Of a DNA stretch of 41,697 bases, positions 30,672-39,844 are shown piece by piece. Source of the stretch: Acidimicrobiaceae bacterium (GTDB lineage: Bacteria > Actinomycetota > Acidimicrobiia > Acidimicrobiales > Ilumatobacteraceae); the NCBI GenBank assembly GCA_031377945.1, contig JANMFL010000194.1:1-41697 (forward strand), written 5' to 3'. The notes below the pieces were generated by a model. The model did not search any database. It saw only the letters and a list, made by a program, of their open reading frames with translations, and had not been told where the DNA came from. Position numbers and translations under genes: made by a program. The stretch's first letter is position 1, and every line of letters begins with the position of its first letter.

Positions 30672-32192
30672 ACGGCCGACGCGCTTCACTGCACGGCCGG
30701 TGAGATGGAAGTTGGCCTCGCTGCCGGCGGCGAGATGGTCGCTGCTGTGCCGTGCCGAACCAGTGGCGGCGATCGACGCAAGGTCGCTCTTGCGCACGAG
30801 ATAGCCGGTGATGCGCACGAACTCGTTGTTGTCGAGGTTGAACGTGAAGTCGCGCATCCCCTGGCGGAACCCACCGCGGATGATGTCGACCACGGCTTCG
30901 GGGTTGCGCGCTGCGGTCTCGTCCATGTGGAAGATGTCGCTGATCCCCGCTGCGAAAAGGTGGTGGTGCGGGGCGCACGTCTGCACGTGGCTGATCAGGT
31001 CGGGTTCGTCGCCCACCGGAATGCGGGTGCCGGCGGTGACGCCGTGATCCAGGTCGATGCCGCTCTGGCTGTGCAGGTAGCAGCGGCCGGCACCCCCCGC
31101 GCAGTAGGGCATCGGTCGAGCCGCCACCAGTTCGGCGACTCGCTCGACGAGACGGACGGCGAACGCGTTGGTGACGTCGTCGTGCCCGTATCGACCATCG
31201 TGACCGTCGTGCTCCATCAGCAGGTTCACGCACTCGGCCAGTCCGAAGATGCCGAACATCGCGGAGAACCGATCGATGTCGATCAACCCCTCCTGGGCGA
31301 GCCAGTGCGTCTCGTAGAAGCGTTGCCCTTCGACGAGTGAACGGATGCGTGCCTCGGCCAGTTCGGCCGTCAACTCCACGAAGTGGGGAAGCGTGTCGGT
31401 GAGGAAGTCGACGGCCGGACCGGAGTGGCGCAGCGCCGCCGCCTTCAGGTTGAGGCGAACCAGGGTGTGGGCGCCGCCACCGATCTTGAGCGAGTTGTAG
31501 CAACTGACCGCTGCGTAGTCCTCGCCGTGGTCGCCGACCATCATCGGGTGGTTCACGAAGTGTGGCTTGCCGGTCTCGAAGACCATCCGCACCGCGTCCT
31601 CGACGAGGCTGTCGGGCGTGAGGTCGGGGTCGACCTTCAGCGTGATGTTGGGGACGCTCTGACGCAGGCTGCGCTCGACGCGGAAGATGCTGCGCGCGAT
31701 GCGGCTGTCGGCCGGGCCGAGGTCGAGGTGGACGAACGCGTCGGGCAGCATGCGGTCGATGCCGATCCAGAACCGACGCAGCGCGGTGTCGAGATCGTCG
31801 TCGCCGATCGAATCGTCGACGAACGGGGCGAGCACCTTGTCGAGGTCGCCGAGGTACACCGGGTAGGTGGTGACGCTGGGGACGTTCGCGTACATGACCT
31901 GCAGGAAGGCGAGCGCGTCGGCCAGGTTCTCGGGCGGTGCCATCTCGAGGTGACACGAACCCTGGGCGAGGGCCTTGACGTAGTCGGGGAGGATGTAGCG
32001 CGCCGTGTACGGCGCGTTGCCCTCGTACATGTCGCAGATGATGCGCTTGTCGAGCGCCTCGCGGCACTCGGGCGAGAGGGCGGGGTACGGCAGGGCCTCG
32101 GTGGCCAGCGCGGCCAGCCGGCGCAGCTTCTGGTCGTACGTCGTCGTGCCGTCCTGTACCAGCGTTCGGGCGCGTTCTTGGAACTCGAGCAT
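30663..32192 (-). CDS. yjjI: YjjI-family glycine radical enzyme
   Basis: ATG 32192 gives MLEFQERARTLVQDGTTTYDQKLRRLAALATEALPYP...ICDMYEGNAPY. The C-terminal FVRITGYLVRKSDL matches the R-[VI]-x-G-Y glycyl radical motif. The 509-aa length fits the ~516-aa E. coli YjjI. The rest of the 1359-aa ORF is antisense shadow over the multicopper oxidase. ATG 32318 is a less likely start because of AT-rich codons. Confidence 0.85.
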   Translation of the reverse strand: MLEFQERARTLVQDGTTTYDQKLRRLAALATEALPYPALSPECREALDKRIICDMYEGNAPYTARYILPDYVKALAQGSCHLEMAPPENLADALAFLQVMYANVPSVTTYPVYLGDLDKVLAPFVDDSIGDDDLDTALRRFWIGIDRMLPDAFVHLDLGPADSRIARSIFRVERSLRQSVPNITLKVDPDLTPDSLVEDAVRMVFETGKPHFVNHPMMVGDHGEDYAAVSCYNSLKIGGGAHTLVRLNLKAAALRHSGPAVDFLTDTLPHFVELTAELAEARIRSLVEGQRFYETHWLAQEGLIDIDRFSAMFGIFGLAECVNLLMEHDGHDGRYGHDDVTNAFAVRLVERVAELVAARPMPYCAGGAGRCYLHSQSGIDLDHGVTAGTRIPVGDEPDLISHVQTCAPHHHLFAAGISDIFHMDETAARNPEAVVDIIRGGFRQGMRDFTFNLDNNEFVRITGYLVRKSDLASIAATGSARHSSDHLAAGSEANFHLTGRAVKRVGRGE

Positions 32193-32429
32193 CTCCACGG
32201 CCCCAGTGTCGCGGCTGTCGAGGCGGCTGACCAGGGTCGAAGTTCCCGAGGGTCCTACGACCACGGTCAGTGAGAAATTGGAGAAATCTTTGACGAATTT
32301 GCGAGCACCGCTGGACATTGCGCCGCGGACCGTGACATCTTGATGAGTGCGTCGTTCGAATACCGAGGGGACGCCCAGAGAACGGGAGCTCTCTGGCGGG
32401 AGCCGGTACGAAGCGGGAGGGAGTGGGCG

Positions 32430-34004
32430 ATGCAGTTGTCGCGGCGCGGGTTCGTGATGGGAGCAGTGGGTGTGGGCGTCGCGGCAGCGACGCCGCTGGC
32501 GGTGCCGCGCCGGGTGCAGTCGGGCGCCGCAGACCCGATGCCGGCGCGCAAGTTGCCGAAGCCGTTCGCCGCGACGTTCGTTCGTCCGCCGGTGGCGCGG
32601 CCGGTGCGATCCACCGCGACGGAGGACGTCTACCTCATCGAGATGGCGGCGACGCAGGCCGAGATCGTGCCCGGGTTCCGCACGAACCTGTGGGCGTACA
32701 ACGGTTCGGTGCCGGGACCCACCATCCGGGCGACTCGAGGGCGAGCCGTGAGGGCCCGGTTCATCAACCGCCTGCCGTCCATGCACCCCGTGCTCGGGTA
32801 CGAGTCGTACACGTGCGTCCACCTGCACGGTGCGGCCTCGAAGCCGCAGTATGACGGCTACGCCAGCGACATCATCCACCCCGGTCAGTACAAGGACTAC
32901 CGGTGGGACAACAAGGAGTGCGGCCGGTCGCTCTGGTACCACGACCACGCCGTGCATCACACGTGGAGCAATGTCGCGATGGGGCTCGCCGCTCAGTACT
33001 TCATCGAGGACCCCGACGACGCGAAGTTCGGACTGCCGTCGGGTGCGTTCGACGTGCCGCTGCACCTCAGCGACGCGATGTTCCAGGCCGATGGGCAGCT
33101 GCTGATGGACCTCGAGAGCCTGAAGGGTTTCTGGGGTGACGTGATGTTGGTGAACGGTCGGCCCTGGCCGGCGATGCAGGTGCAGCGACGCAAGTACCGG
33201 TTCCGCGTCGTCAACGGATGTGTGTCGCGGTCGCTGTTCTGGCGGTTGAGCACCAACGACCCGTTCCAGGTGATCGGCACCGACGCCGGTCTCACCGGGG
33301 AGCCCATCACCGTGACCAAGCTGCGCCACGGCAACGGCGAGCGCTACGACGTGGTGATCGACTTCGCCAAGTACGCGCCGGGCACCCGGGTCGTCCTGCG
33401 CAACGACAGTCTCGACTACAACGACGACTACACGAACACCGACAAGATCATGGCATTCGACGTGGTCGGCGGCCAGGTGGACACCACGAACAACGCAGTG
33501 CCTCGCCAACTGCGGCCGGAGAACGAGATCGTCGCCATGCCAGTGCCCACGTGGGCCAAGGTACGGACGTTCCGCACCGAGCGGCAGGGCGGCGAGTGGA
33601 CCGTCGACGGTGTCACGTGGCACGACGTCATCAACAGCAACTATCAGCTCGTCGCCGCGGCACCGGTGGTGGGTGACAGCGAGATCTGGGAGTTCCACAA
33701 CAGTTCTGGCGGCTGGAGTCACCCCATGCACGTGCACGGGTGCGACAGCCGCCTGCTCAGCCGCAACGGTCGGGCCCCGTACCCCTACGAACGCGGGCCG
33801 AAGGACACCTATCTGGTCGGTGAGAACGAAACACTGCGGATCCTGATGAAGTTCGATCTGCCGGGCAAGTACATGATCCACTGCCACAACGGCGTCCACG
33901 AGGATCACGACATGATGGTCCAGTACGAGGCGGTGTCGACCACCGAGATCGCCGACGATCCGTTCTCGGCCCGCGCCAGGCTGTACGACGGCCAGGAGCT
34001 CTGA
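32430..34004 (+). CDS. Three-domain multicopper oxidase with a Tat signal peptide
   Basis: ATG 32430 is preceded by GGGAGGGAG. The signal is MQLSRRGFVMGAVGVGVAAATPLA (SRRxFV). Copper motifs are HLHG, WYHDH, HPMHVHG and HCHNGVHEDHDMM. Confidence 0.9.
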   Translation: MQLSRRGFVMGAVGVGVAAATPLAVPRRVQSGAADPMPARKLPKPFAATFVRPPVARPVRSTATEDVYLIEMAATQAEIVPGFRTNLWAYNGSVPGPTIRATRGRAVRARFINRLPSMHPVLGYESYTCVHLHGAASKPQYDGYASDIIHPGQYKDYRWDNKECGRSLWYHDHAVHHTWSNVAMGLAAQYFIEDPDDAKFGLPSGAFDVPLHLSDAMFQADGQLLMDLESLKGFWGDVMLVNGRPWPAMQVQRRKYRFRVVNGCVSRSLFWRLSTNDPFQVIGTDAGLTGEPITVTKLRHGNGERYDVVIDFAKYAPGTRVVLRNDSLDYNDDYTNTDKIMAFDVVGGQVDTTNNAVPRQLRPENEIVAMPVPTWAKVRTFRTERQGGEWTVDGVTWHDVINSNYQLVAAAPVVGDSEIWEFHNSSGGWSHPMHVHGCDSRLLSRNGRAPYPYERGPKDTYLVGENETLRILMKFDLPGKYMIHCHNGVHEDHDMMVQYEAVSTTEIADDPFSARARLYDGQEL

Positions 34005-34061
34005 CCCCGGCCACTCGCTCATGTCGCGCAAATCCCACCGTTTCGGTCGTTTCGCCGTGAC

Positions 34062-34640
34062 GTGAACGAGCGGGGTAGCGACCACAACCGCCCTGCAATC
34101 CATCCGAACTCTCGCAGCGTTCTTGGTGTCGGCGGCATCGGTACGGGTGTGAGACTTGTTCGTGTGGAGCAACCAGAGGAGGCGGCTAGGGGATCGTTCG
34201 CCCACTTCTATGAGCAGGAACGACAGAGCGCGACCCGACTCGCATGGCTGTTGACGCACCACGTATCGACCGCCGAAGACGTGACCCAGGACGCGTTCAC
34301 CGCGGTGTTCGCTCGGTTCGACAGGCTCGACAATCCGGCCGCGTACCTGCGCAAGGTGATCGTGAACGCGGTCTACGAACGCTCCCGCCGCGGCGGCCGA
34401 GAACGGCGACGCCTCGCCCTCGTCCATCGAGATGCGGTGACATCGATCGACGGCCCGACAGGTGGTCTCGCCGATGCCATCGCCCGCCTCCCGCTCAACC
34501 AGCGAACGGCGATCGTTCTTCGCTACTGGGCGGACCTCGACCATCAAGCCATCGGTGACGCCATGGGGATCCGCCCCAGCAGCGTGCGATCGCTCTGCAC
34601 ACGCGCGACGACACAACTGAGAAAGGACCTCTTCCAATGA
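34062..34640 (+). CDS. ECF-type sigma-70 family RNA polymerase sigma factor
   Basis: Region 2 reads FAHFYEQERQSATRLAWLLTHHVSTAEDVTQDAF. Region 4 reads LPLNQRTAIVLRYWADLDHQAIGDAMGIRPSSVRSLCTRA. The start is uncertain: the track uses GTG 34062, and GTG 34149 or 34164 would give a more typical N-terminus. Confidence 0.85.
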   Translation: MNERGSDHNRPAIHPNSRSVLGVGGIGTGVRLVRVEQPEEAARGSFAHFYEQERQSATRLAWLLTHHVSTAEDVTQDAFTAVFARFDRLDNPAAYLRKVIVNAVYERSRRGGRERRRLALVHRDAVTSIDGPTGGLADAIARLPLNQRTAIVLRYWADLDHQAIGDAMGIRPSSVRSLCTRATTQLRKDLFQ

Positions 34641-35293
34641 TCGACATCGAAGACGCCATCCGTGAAGCCCTCCACGCAGATGCCGGCCAGGCACCGGTGG
34701 CGGACGAGTCGTTCGTTCCCACCACGGCGGTCGTGAGTACACCGACCGGAGGCCCGCCGCGTCGGCCGTACCTCGTCGCTGCTGCGGCAGCGATCTTGAT
34801 CATCGGCGTCGTCTGGGTCGTCGGTGGGCGAGACGCGGGGGACAACTCGCCAGCCGCCCAGACCACTTCCCCCAGCACTGCGCAGCAGTCCCCCGCCACG
34901 CGGTTTCACGTCGTGCTGGACGATCCCGCGTGGACGATCACCATGGCGCGGATCAACTCCGACCAGGTTTCGTCCTCATACCGAAACGACACTGGTAGCG
35001 ATGGCATCGGCCGGCCGGCGGTCGTCATCACGACCGGCGGCGCCGCCGCTGCTCTCGCCGAGGCAGGTTTCGAGCGTTCACCTGTCGCCATCGATGGAGT
35101 GAACGGAACGCTGTACACGAGGACCGGGCTGGCAATCGTCATCGTCGATCTGGGGGACGGCCGACTTGCGACCATCGCGTTCGAGCAGGTGCCTTCTGGC
35201 GAAGTCGACTCGCTCGTCCGTGAACTCCACTTCGTCACCGATTCGGAGTTCGAGTCCGCCGCCGCCAGCGCCACCATTCCGATCCAGCGCTGA
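34637..35293 (+). CDS. Putative anti-sigma factor (single-pass membrane protein)
   Basis: ATG 34637 overlaps the sigma gene's TGA as ATGA. It has a short cytoplasmic N-terminus, the TM helix YLVAAAAAILIIGVVWVV and an extracytoplasmic domain. The function is inferred from position only. Confidence 0.6.
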   Translation: MIDIEDAIREALHADAGQAPVADESFVPTTAVVSTPTGGPPRRPYLVAAAAAILIIGVVWVVGGRDAGDNSPAAQTTSPSTAQQSPATRFHVVLDDPAWTITMARINSDQVSSSYRNDTGSDGIGRPAVVITTGGAAAALAEAGFERSPVAIDGVNGTLYTRTGLAIVIVDLGDGRLATIAFEQVPSGEVDSLVRELHFVTDSEFESAAASATIPIQR

Positions 35294-35338
35294 CCCTGCA
35301 GGGGTTGCGGTGTCGCACCCCTGGAATAGCCTGCGGCC

Positions 35339-38300
35339 ATGTCCGACCATCCGGTGCTGCACGGGTTCTCGCCTGCGGTGCGCGAGTGGTTCGGCGCGTC
35401 GTTCCCCGAGCCGACGCCGCCGCAGGTGCAGGGCTGGCCGGCCATTCGCAGCGGTCAGCACACCCTGGTGTGTGCGCCCACCGGCAGCGGCAAGACGCTG
35501 ACGGCCTTCCTCAGCTCGATCGACCGGCTGGTCACGCCGACCGACGAGCCCATCGACCCCAAGGCGCGTACGCGGGTGCTGTACATCTCGCCGCTGCGTG
35601 CGTTGGCGTTCGACGTCGAGAAGAACCTCCGCTCACCGCTCATGGGCATCCGGTTGGCGGCCGAGCGGTTGGGCGTGCCGTTCGCCGAGCCCAGCGTGGC
35701 GATGCGCACCGGCGACACCAGCGCGAAGGACCGCCAAGCGTTGCAGCGCCGGCCGGTCGACCTGCTGATCACCACGCCCGAGAGCCTGTACCTCATGCTC
35801 ACCAGCGAGGTCCGCAGCACCCTGGTGAACGTCGACACGATCATCATCGACGAGATCCACGCGATGGCCACCACCAAACGCGGCGCTCACCTGATGCTCA
35901 GCCTCGAACGACTGGAGGTGCTCACCAAGCGACCGCCGCAGCGCATCGGCCTCAGCGCAACCCAGCGGCCGCTGGAGGAGATCGCCCACTTCCTCGGTGG
36001 ACACCAGGCCGACGGCCGTCGTCGCCCCGTCTCCATCGTGGACTCCGGCGTGCGCAAGACGCTGCAGGTCGAGGTCGTCGTGCCCGTCGAGGACATGGGC
36101 GAGATGGGTCAGGTCGTCAGCGAGTTGCGCAGCGGACCGGCTTCGGCTGCTGCGCAGGGGCAGCGCAGCAGCATCTGGCCGAGCATCTACCCGCGCATCC
36201 TGCAACAGGTGATGGCACACCGCAGCACGATCATCTTCTGCAATGCCCGTCGTCAGGCAGAGCGCTTGGCCGCAAGGTTGAACGAACTTGCGCTCGCCGA
36301 GGGCATCGGCGTCGCCGACGACGGCACCACGGTCGACCTGGTGAAGGCGCACCACGGTTCGCTCGCTCGCGAGCAGCGCGTCACCATCGAGGACGAACTC
36401 AAGCGCGGCGAGCTGCGCGCGATCGTCGCCACGAGCAGCCTCGAGTTGGGCATCGACATGGGCGCGGTCGACCTGGTCATCCAGGTCGAGTCGCCCGGCG
36501 CGGTGTCACGCGGCCTGCAACGCATCGGCCGCGCGGGCCACAGCGTGGGTGAACCCAGCAAGGGCACCCTGTATCCGAAGCATCGCGGCGACCTGCTGGA
36601 AGCAGCGGTGGTGGCCCGACGCATGCACGAGGGGCTCATCGAGACCTCGCGCTTCCTGCGCAATCCGCTCGACGTGCTCGCCCAGCAGATCGTCGCCCAC
36701 GTCAGCATGTACCCGGAGTGCACGGTCGACCAGCTCGGCGCGCTCGTGCGCGGTTCGGCCTGTTTCGCCGAGCTGAGCGACGACCTGTTGCGCAACGTGC
36801 TCGACCTGCTCTCGGGCCGCTACCCGAGCGACGAGTTCAACGAGTTGCGCCCGCGCATCGTGTGGGACCGCGTCAACGGCACGCTGCGCGCACGCGACGG
36901 TGCAAAGCGGCTGGCCATCGTCAGCGGTGGCACGATTCCCGACCGCGGGCTGTTCGGCGTGTTCCTGCCCGACGGCACGCGTGTGGGTGAGCTGGACGAA
37001 GAGATGGTGTACGAGAGCCGCCCCGGCGAGACGTTCCTGCTCGGGGCGAGCACCTGGCGCATCGAGGACATCACCTTCGAGCGCGTCATCGTGACACCAG
37101 CGCCGGGGCAGCCGGGGAAGATGCCGTTCTGGCACGGCGATCGGCCTGGCCGGCCACTCGAGCTCGGTCGGGCCCTCGGTGCGTTCCAACGTGAGGTGCG
37201 GGCCATGCCCGCGGACACTGCGCTCACCTCGCTGATGGACGACTACTCGCTCGACGCGTGGGCCGCCAACAACGTGGTGCTGTACCTCGACGAGCAGGCC
37301 CAGTCGACGGGCGTGGTGCCCGACGATCGCACCGTGGTCGTCGAACGTTTCCGCGACGAGATCGGCGACTGGCGGGTCTGCATTCTCAGCCCCTTCGGGA
37401 CGCCGGTTCACGCGCCGTGGGCCATGGCCATTCAACGCCGACTCGGCGAGCGGTTCGACATCCCGGTCGAGATGATGTGGACCGACGACGGCATCGTGCT
37501 GCGCCTGCCCGAGGCCGCCGACGACCTGCCGCTCGCCGATCTGATCATCGACCCCGACGACATCGACGAGCTGGTCATGGACGCGTTGCCGCAGACGTCG
37601 TTGTTCGCTGCCCGGTTCCGCGAGTGCGCGGCCCGCGCGCTCCTGTTGCCCCGTCGCCGTCCCGACCAGCGCACTCCGCTGTGGCAGCAGCGGCAGCGGG
37701 CGCACGACCTGCTCGCCGTGGCGTCGAAGTACCCGTCGTTCCCGATACTGCTCGAAACGTCGCGCGAGTGTCTCCAGGACGTGTTCGACCTCCCGGCGCT
37801 GCGCGAGGTGCTCACCCAACTGCGTGACCGCACGGTGCGGGTCGTCAGCGTCGACACGGCCAAGGCGTCGCCGTTCGCGCAGAGCCTGCTGTTCAACTGG
37901 ATCGCTGCCTACATGTACGAGGGTGACGCGCCGCTGGCCGAGCGCCGTGCGGCTGCGTTGGCACTGGACCGCGACCTGCTGCGCGACCTGCTCGGTGCCG
38001 AGGAGTTGCGCGAGCTGCTCGACCCCGGCGCGCTCGCCGACATCGAGCTCGAGCTGCAGCTGTTGGCCGATGGACGCCGGGCCCGCAGCACCGACGAGTT
38101 GCACGACGTGTTGCGCCGTGTGGGCGACCTGTCGCCCGACGAGGTGGACCTGCGGTGCGAGGGCAGCGACAGCGGTGCCTGGCTCGCCGAACTGGTTCAC
38201 GAGCGCCGAGCCGTTGCGGTGTCCGTGGCCGGCGTCGAGCGGTTCATCGCCGCCGAAGACGCGGCCCGATACCGCGATGCGCTCGGGTGCAATGTGCCGC

Positions 38301-39844
38301 TCGGTCTTCCGCGGGCCTTCACCGAGCCGGTGCCGCTCCCACTCGAGACGTTGCTGGCCCGCTACGCCCGCACGCACGGCCCGTTCGTGGTCGACGACGT
38401 GGCGGCTCGCTTCGGCATCTCCGTCGACCGCGCCACCGGTGCGCTCGTCGCGCTCGAGGCCGACGACCGGGTGGTGCGCGGCGAGTTCCGACCCGGCGGC
38501 TCCGGTCGCGAGTGGTGCGACAACGAGGTGCTGCGCCAGATCCGCCGTCGTTCGCTGGCGGCGCTGCGACGCGAGGTCGAACCCGTCGAACCCGAGGCGT
38601 ACGCCCGGTTCGTGCAGGCATGGCACGGCGTCGGCAGCGATCGGCGCGGCCTCGAATCATTGGTCGAGGTGCTCGGCCAGTTGCAGGGTGCCTCGCTCGT
38701 GGCCACCTCCATCGAGTCGGAACTGCTGCCGGCCCGGTTGCGCACCTTCCGGCCCACCGACCTCGACGAACTGTGCACGTCCGGCGAGGTGGTGTGGATC
38801 GGCGCGGGGGCCATCGGGGCCAGCGACGGGCGCGTGCGGCTGTGCTTCGCCGATCAACTGCCGGTGCTCGCTCCAGGGTGGGAGGCCCAGCCATCCCCGA
38901 CCGGTGCGTTGCACGACGCGATCCGCGAGCATCTGCGGGCACGCGGTGCCAGCTTCTGGAACGGCATCCGAGCCGCCGACCCTGCGGCCACGGACATCGA
39001 GTTGCTCGCCGCACTGTGGGACCTGGTGTGGGCCGGCGAGGTCACCAACGATTCACTTGCGCCACTGCGCAGCATGCTCGCGTCGAAGGGTGTGGGCGGG
39101 AAGTCGTCGTCGAAGCCGATGGCGCGCAGCCGGCCCCGCCCCGGGCGTCTGAACCGCATCGGTCCTCCGCTCGGTGCCGGCCGTTGGAGCCTGGTCGCAC
39201 CGCTGCTGCTGCCGGCGGCCACGCCCACCGAGGCCGCTCATGGCACCGCGCTGCAACTGCTCGAGCGGTATGGCGTGGTCACCCGCGAGGCCGTGCTCGC
39301 CGAAGGAGTGGTGGGCGGGTATGCGTCGGTCTATGGTGTGTTGAAGGTGCTCGAGGAACGAGGCCAGGTTCGTCGCGGCTACTTCGTCGCCGGCCTCGGG
39401 GCCGCGCAGTTCGGACTGGCGGGTGCGGTCGATCGGTTGCGTTCGTCCCGGGAGGTCGTCGACGCCGAACTGCATCCCGACGACATTCCCGCCCCGGTGG
39501 TCCTCGCCGCCACGGATCCGGCGCAGCCGTACGGCGCGGCGATCGTGTGGCCGCAATCGCCCGGCCGTCCGGCGAGGTCGGCCTCCGCCGCCGTGGTGCT
39601 GCGCGCCGGGTTGCCGTTGGTGTGGTTCGACCGCCGCGCGTACTCGCTGGTGTCGTTCCCCGCCGCCGAACACGACCGCGGTTGGGCCGATGCGCTCGCG
39701 ACCCTCGTGAAGGATGGCCGGGTGCGCAGCGTGGAGGTGCGCAAGGTGAACGGTGAGGCAGTGCTGCCCTCGTCATCGTGGGCCGAGGCGTTGCGCGGCG
39801 CAGGTTTCGTCGAGGGGTACCGCGGTTGGGTGTTGCGCGCATGA
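35339..39844 (+). CDS. lhr: Lhr-family large ATP-dependent helicase
   Basis: The 1501-aa ORF carries CAPTGSGKTLTAF (Walker A), IIIDEIHAM (DEIH box), the SAT-like LSATQ and LQRIGRAGH (motif VI). The long C-terminal extension and overall length match mycobacterial Lhr (about 1500 aa). Confidence 0.92.
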   Translation: MSDHPVLHGFSPAVREWFGASFPEPTPPQVQGWPAIRSGQHTLVCAPTGSGKTLTAFLSSIDRLVTPTDEPIDPKARTRVLYISPLRALAFDVEKNLRSPLMGIRLAAERLGVPFAEPSVAMRTGDTSAKDRQALQRRPVDLLITTPESLYLMLTSEVRSTLVNVDTIIIDEIHAMATTKRGAHLMLSLERLEVLTKRPPQRIGLSATQRPLEEIAHFLGGHQADGRRRPVSIVDSGVRKTLQVEVVVPVEDMGEMGQVVSELRSGPASAAAQGQRSSIWPSIYPRILQQVMAHRSTIIFCNARRQAERLAARLNELALAEGIGVADDGTTVDLVKAHHGSLAREQRVTIEDELKRGELRAIVATSSLELGIDMGAVDLVIQVESPGAVSRGLQRIGRAGHSVGEPSKGTLYPKHRGDLLEAAVVARRMHEGLIETSRFLRNPLDVLAQQIVAHVSMYPECTVDQLGALVRGSACFAELSDDLLRNVLDLLSGRYPSDEFNELRPRIVWDRVNGTLRARDGAKRLAIVSGGTIPDRGLFGVFLPDGTRVGELDEEMVYESRPGETFLLGASTWRIEDITFERVIVTPAPGQPGKMPFWHGDRPGRPLELGRALGAFQREVRAMPADTALTSLMDDYSLDAWAANNVVLYLDEQAQSTGVVPDDRTVVVERFRDEIGDWRVCILSPFGTPVHAPWAMAIQRRLGERFDIPVEMMWTDDGIVLRLPEAADDLPLADLIIDPDDIDELVMDALPQTSLFAARFRECAARALLLPRRRPDQRTPLWQQRQRAHDLLAVASKYPSFPILLETSRECLQDVFDLPALREVLTQLRDRTVRVVSVDTAKASPFAQSLLFNWIAAYMYEGDAPLAERRAAALALDRDLLRDLLGAEELRELLDPGALADIELELQLLADGRRARSTDELHDVLRRVGDLSPDEVDLRCEGSDSGAWLAELVHERRAVAVSVAGVERFIAAEDAARYRDALGCNVPLGLPRAFTEPVPLPLETLLARYARTHGPFVVDDVAARFGISVDRATGALVALEADDRVVRGEFRPGGSGREWCDNEVLRQIRRRSLAALRREVEPVEPEAYARFVQAWHGVGSDRRGLESLVEVLGQLQGASLVATSIESELLPARLRTFRPTDLDELCTSGEVVWIGAGAIGASDGRVRLCFADQLPVLAPGWEAQPSPTGALHDAIREHLRARGASFWNGIRAADPAATDIELLAALWDLVWAGEVTNDSLAPLRSMLASKGVGGKSSSKPMARSRPRPGRLNRIGPPLGAGRWSLVAPLLLPAATPTEAAHGTALQLLERYGVVTREAVLAEGVVGGYASVYGVLKVLEERGQVRRGYFVAGLGAAQFGLAGAVDRLRSSREVVDAELHPDDIPAPVVLAATDPAQPYGAAIVWPQSPGRPARSASAAVVLRAGLPLVWFDRRAYSLVSFPAAEHDRGWADALATLVKDGRVRSVEVRKVNGEAVLPSSSWAEALRGAGFVEGYRGWVLRA

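Noticed and set aside
32330-32429. A copper-responsive (CsoR/CopY-type) operator could lie upstream of the multicopper oxidase (gaATACCgaGGGGAcgc).
   Set aside because: Only a half-site-like fragment is present. I see no convincing GC-rich pseudo-palindrome of the kind I recall for CsoR boxes.
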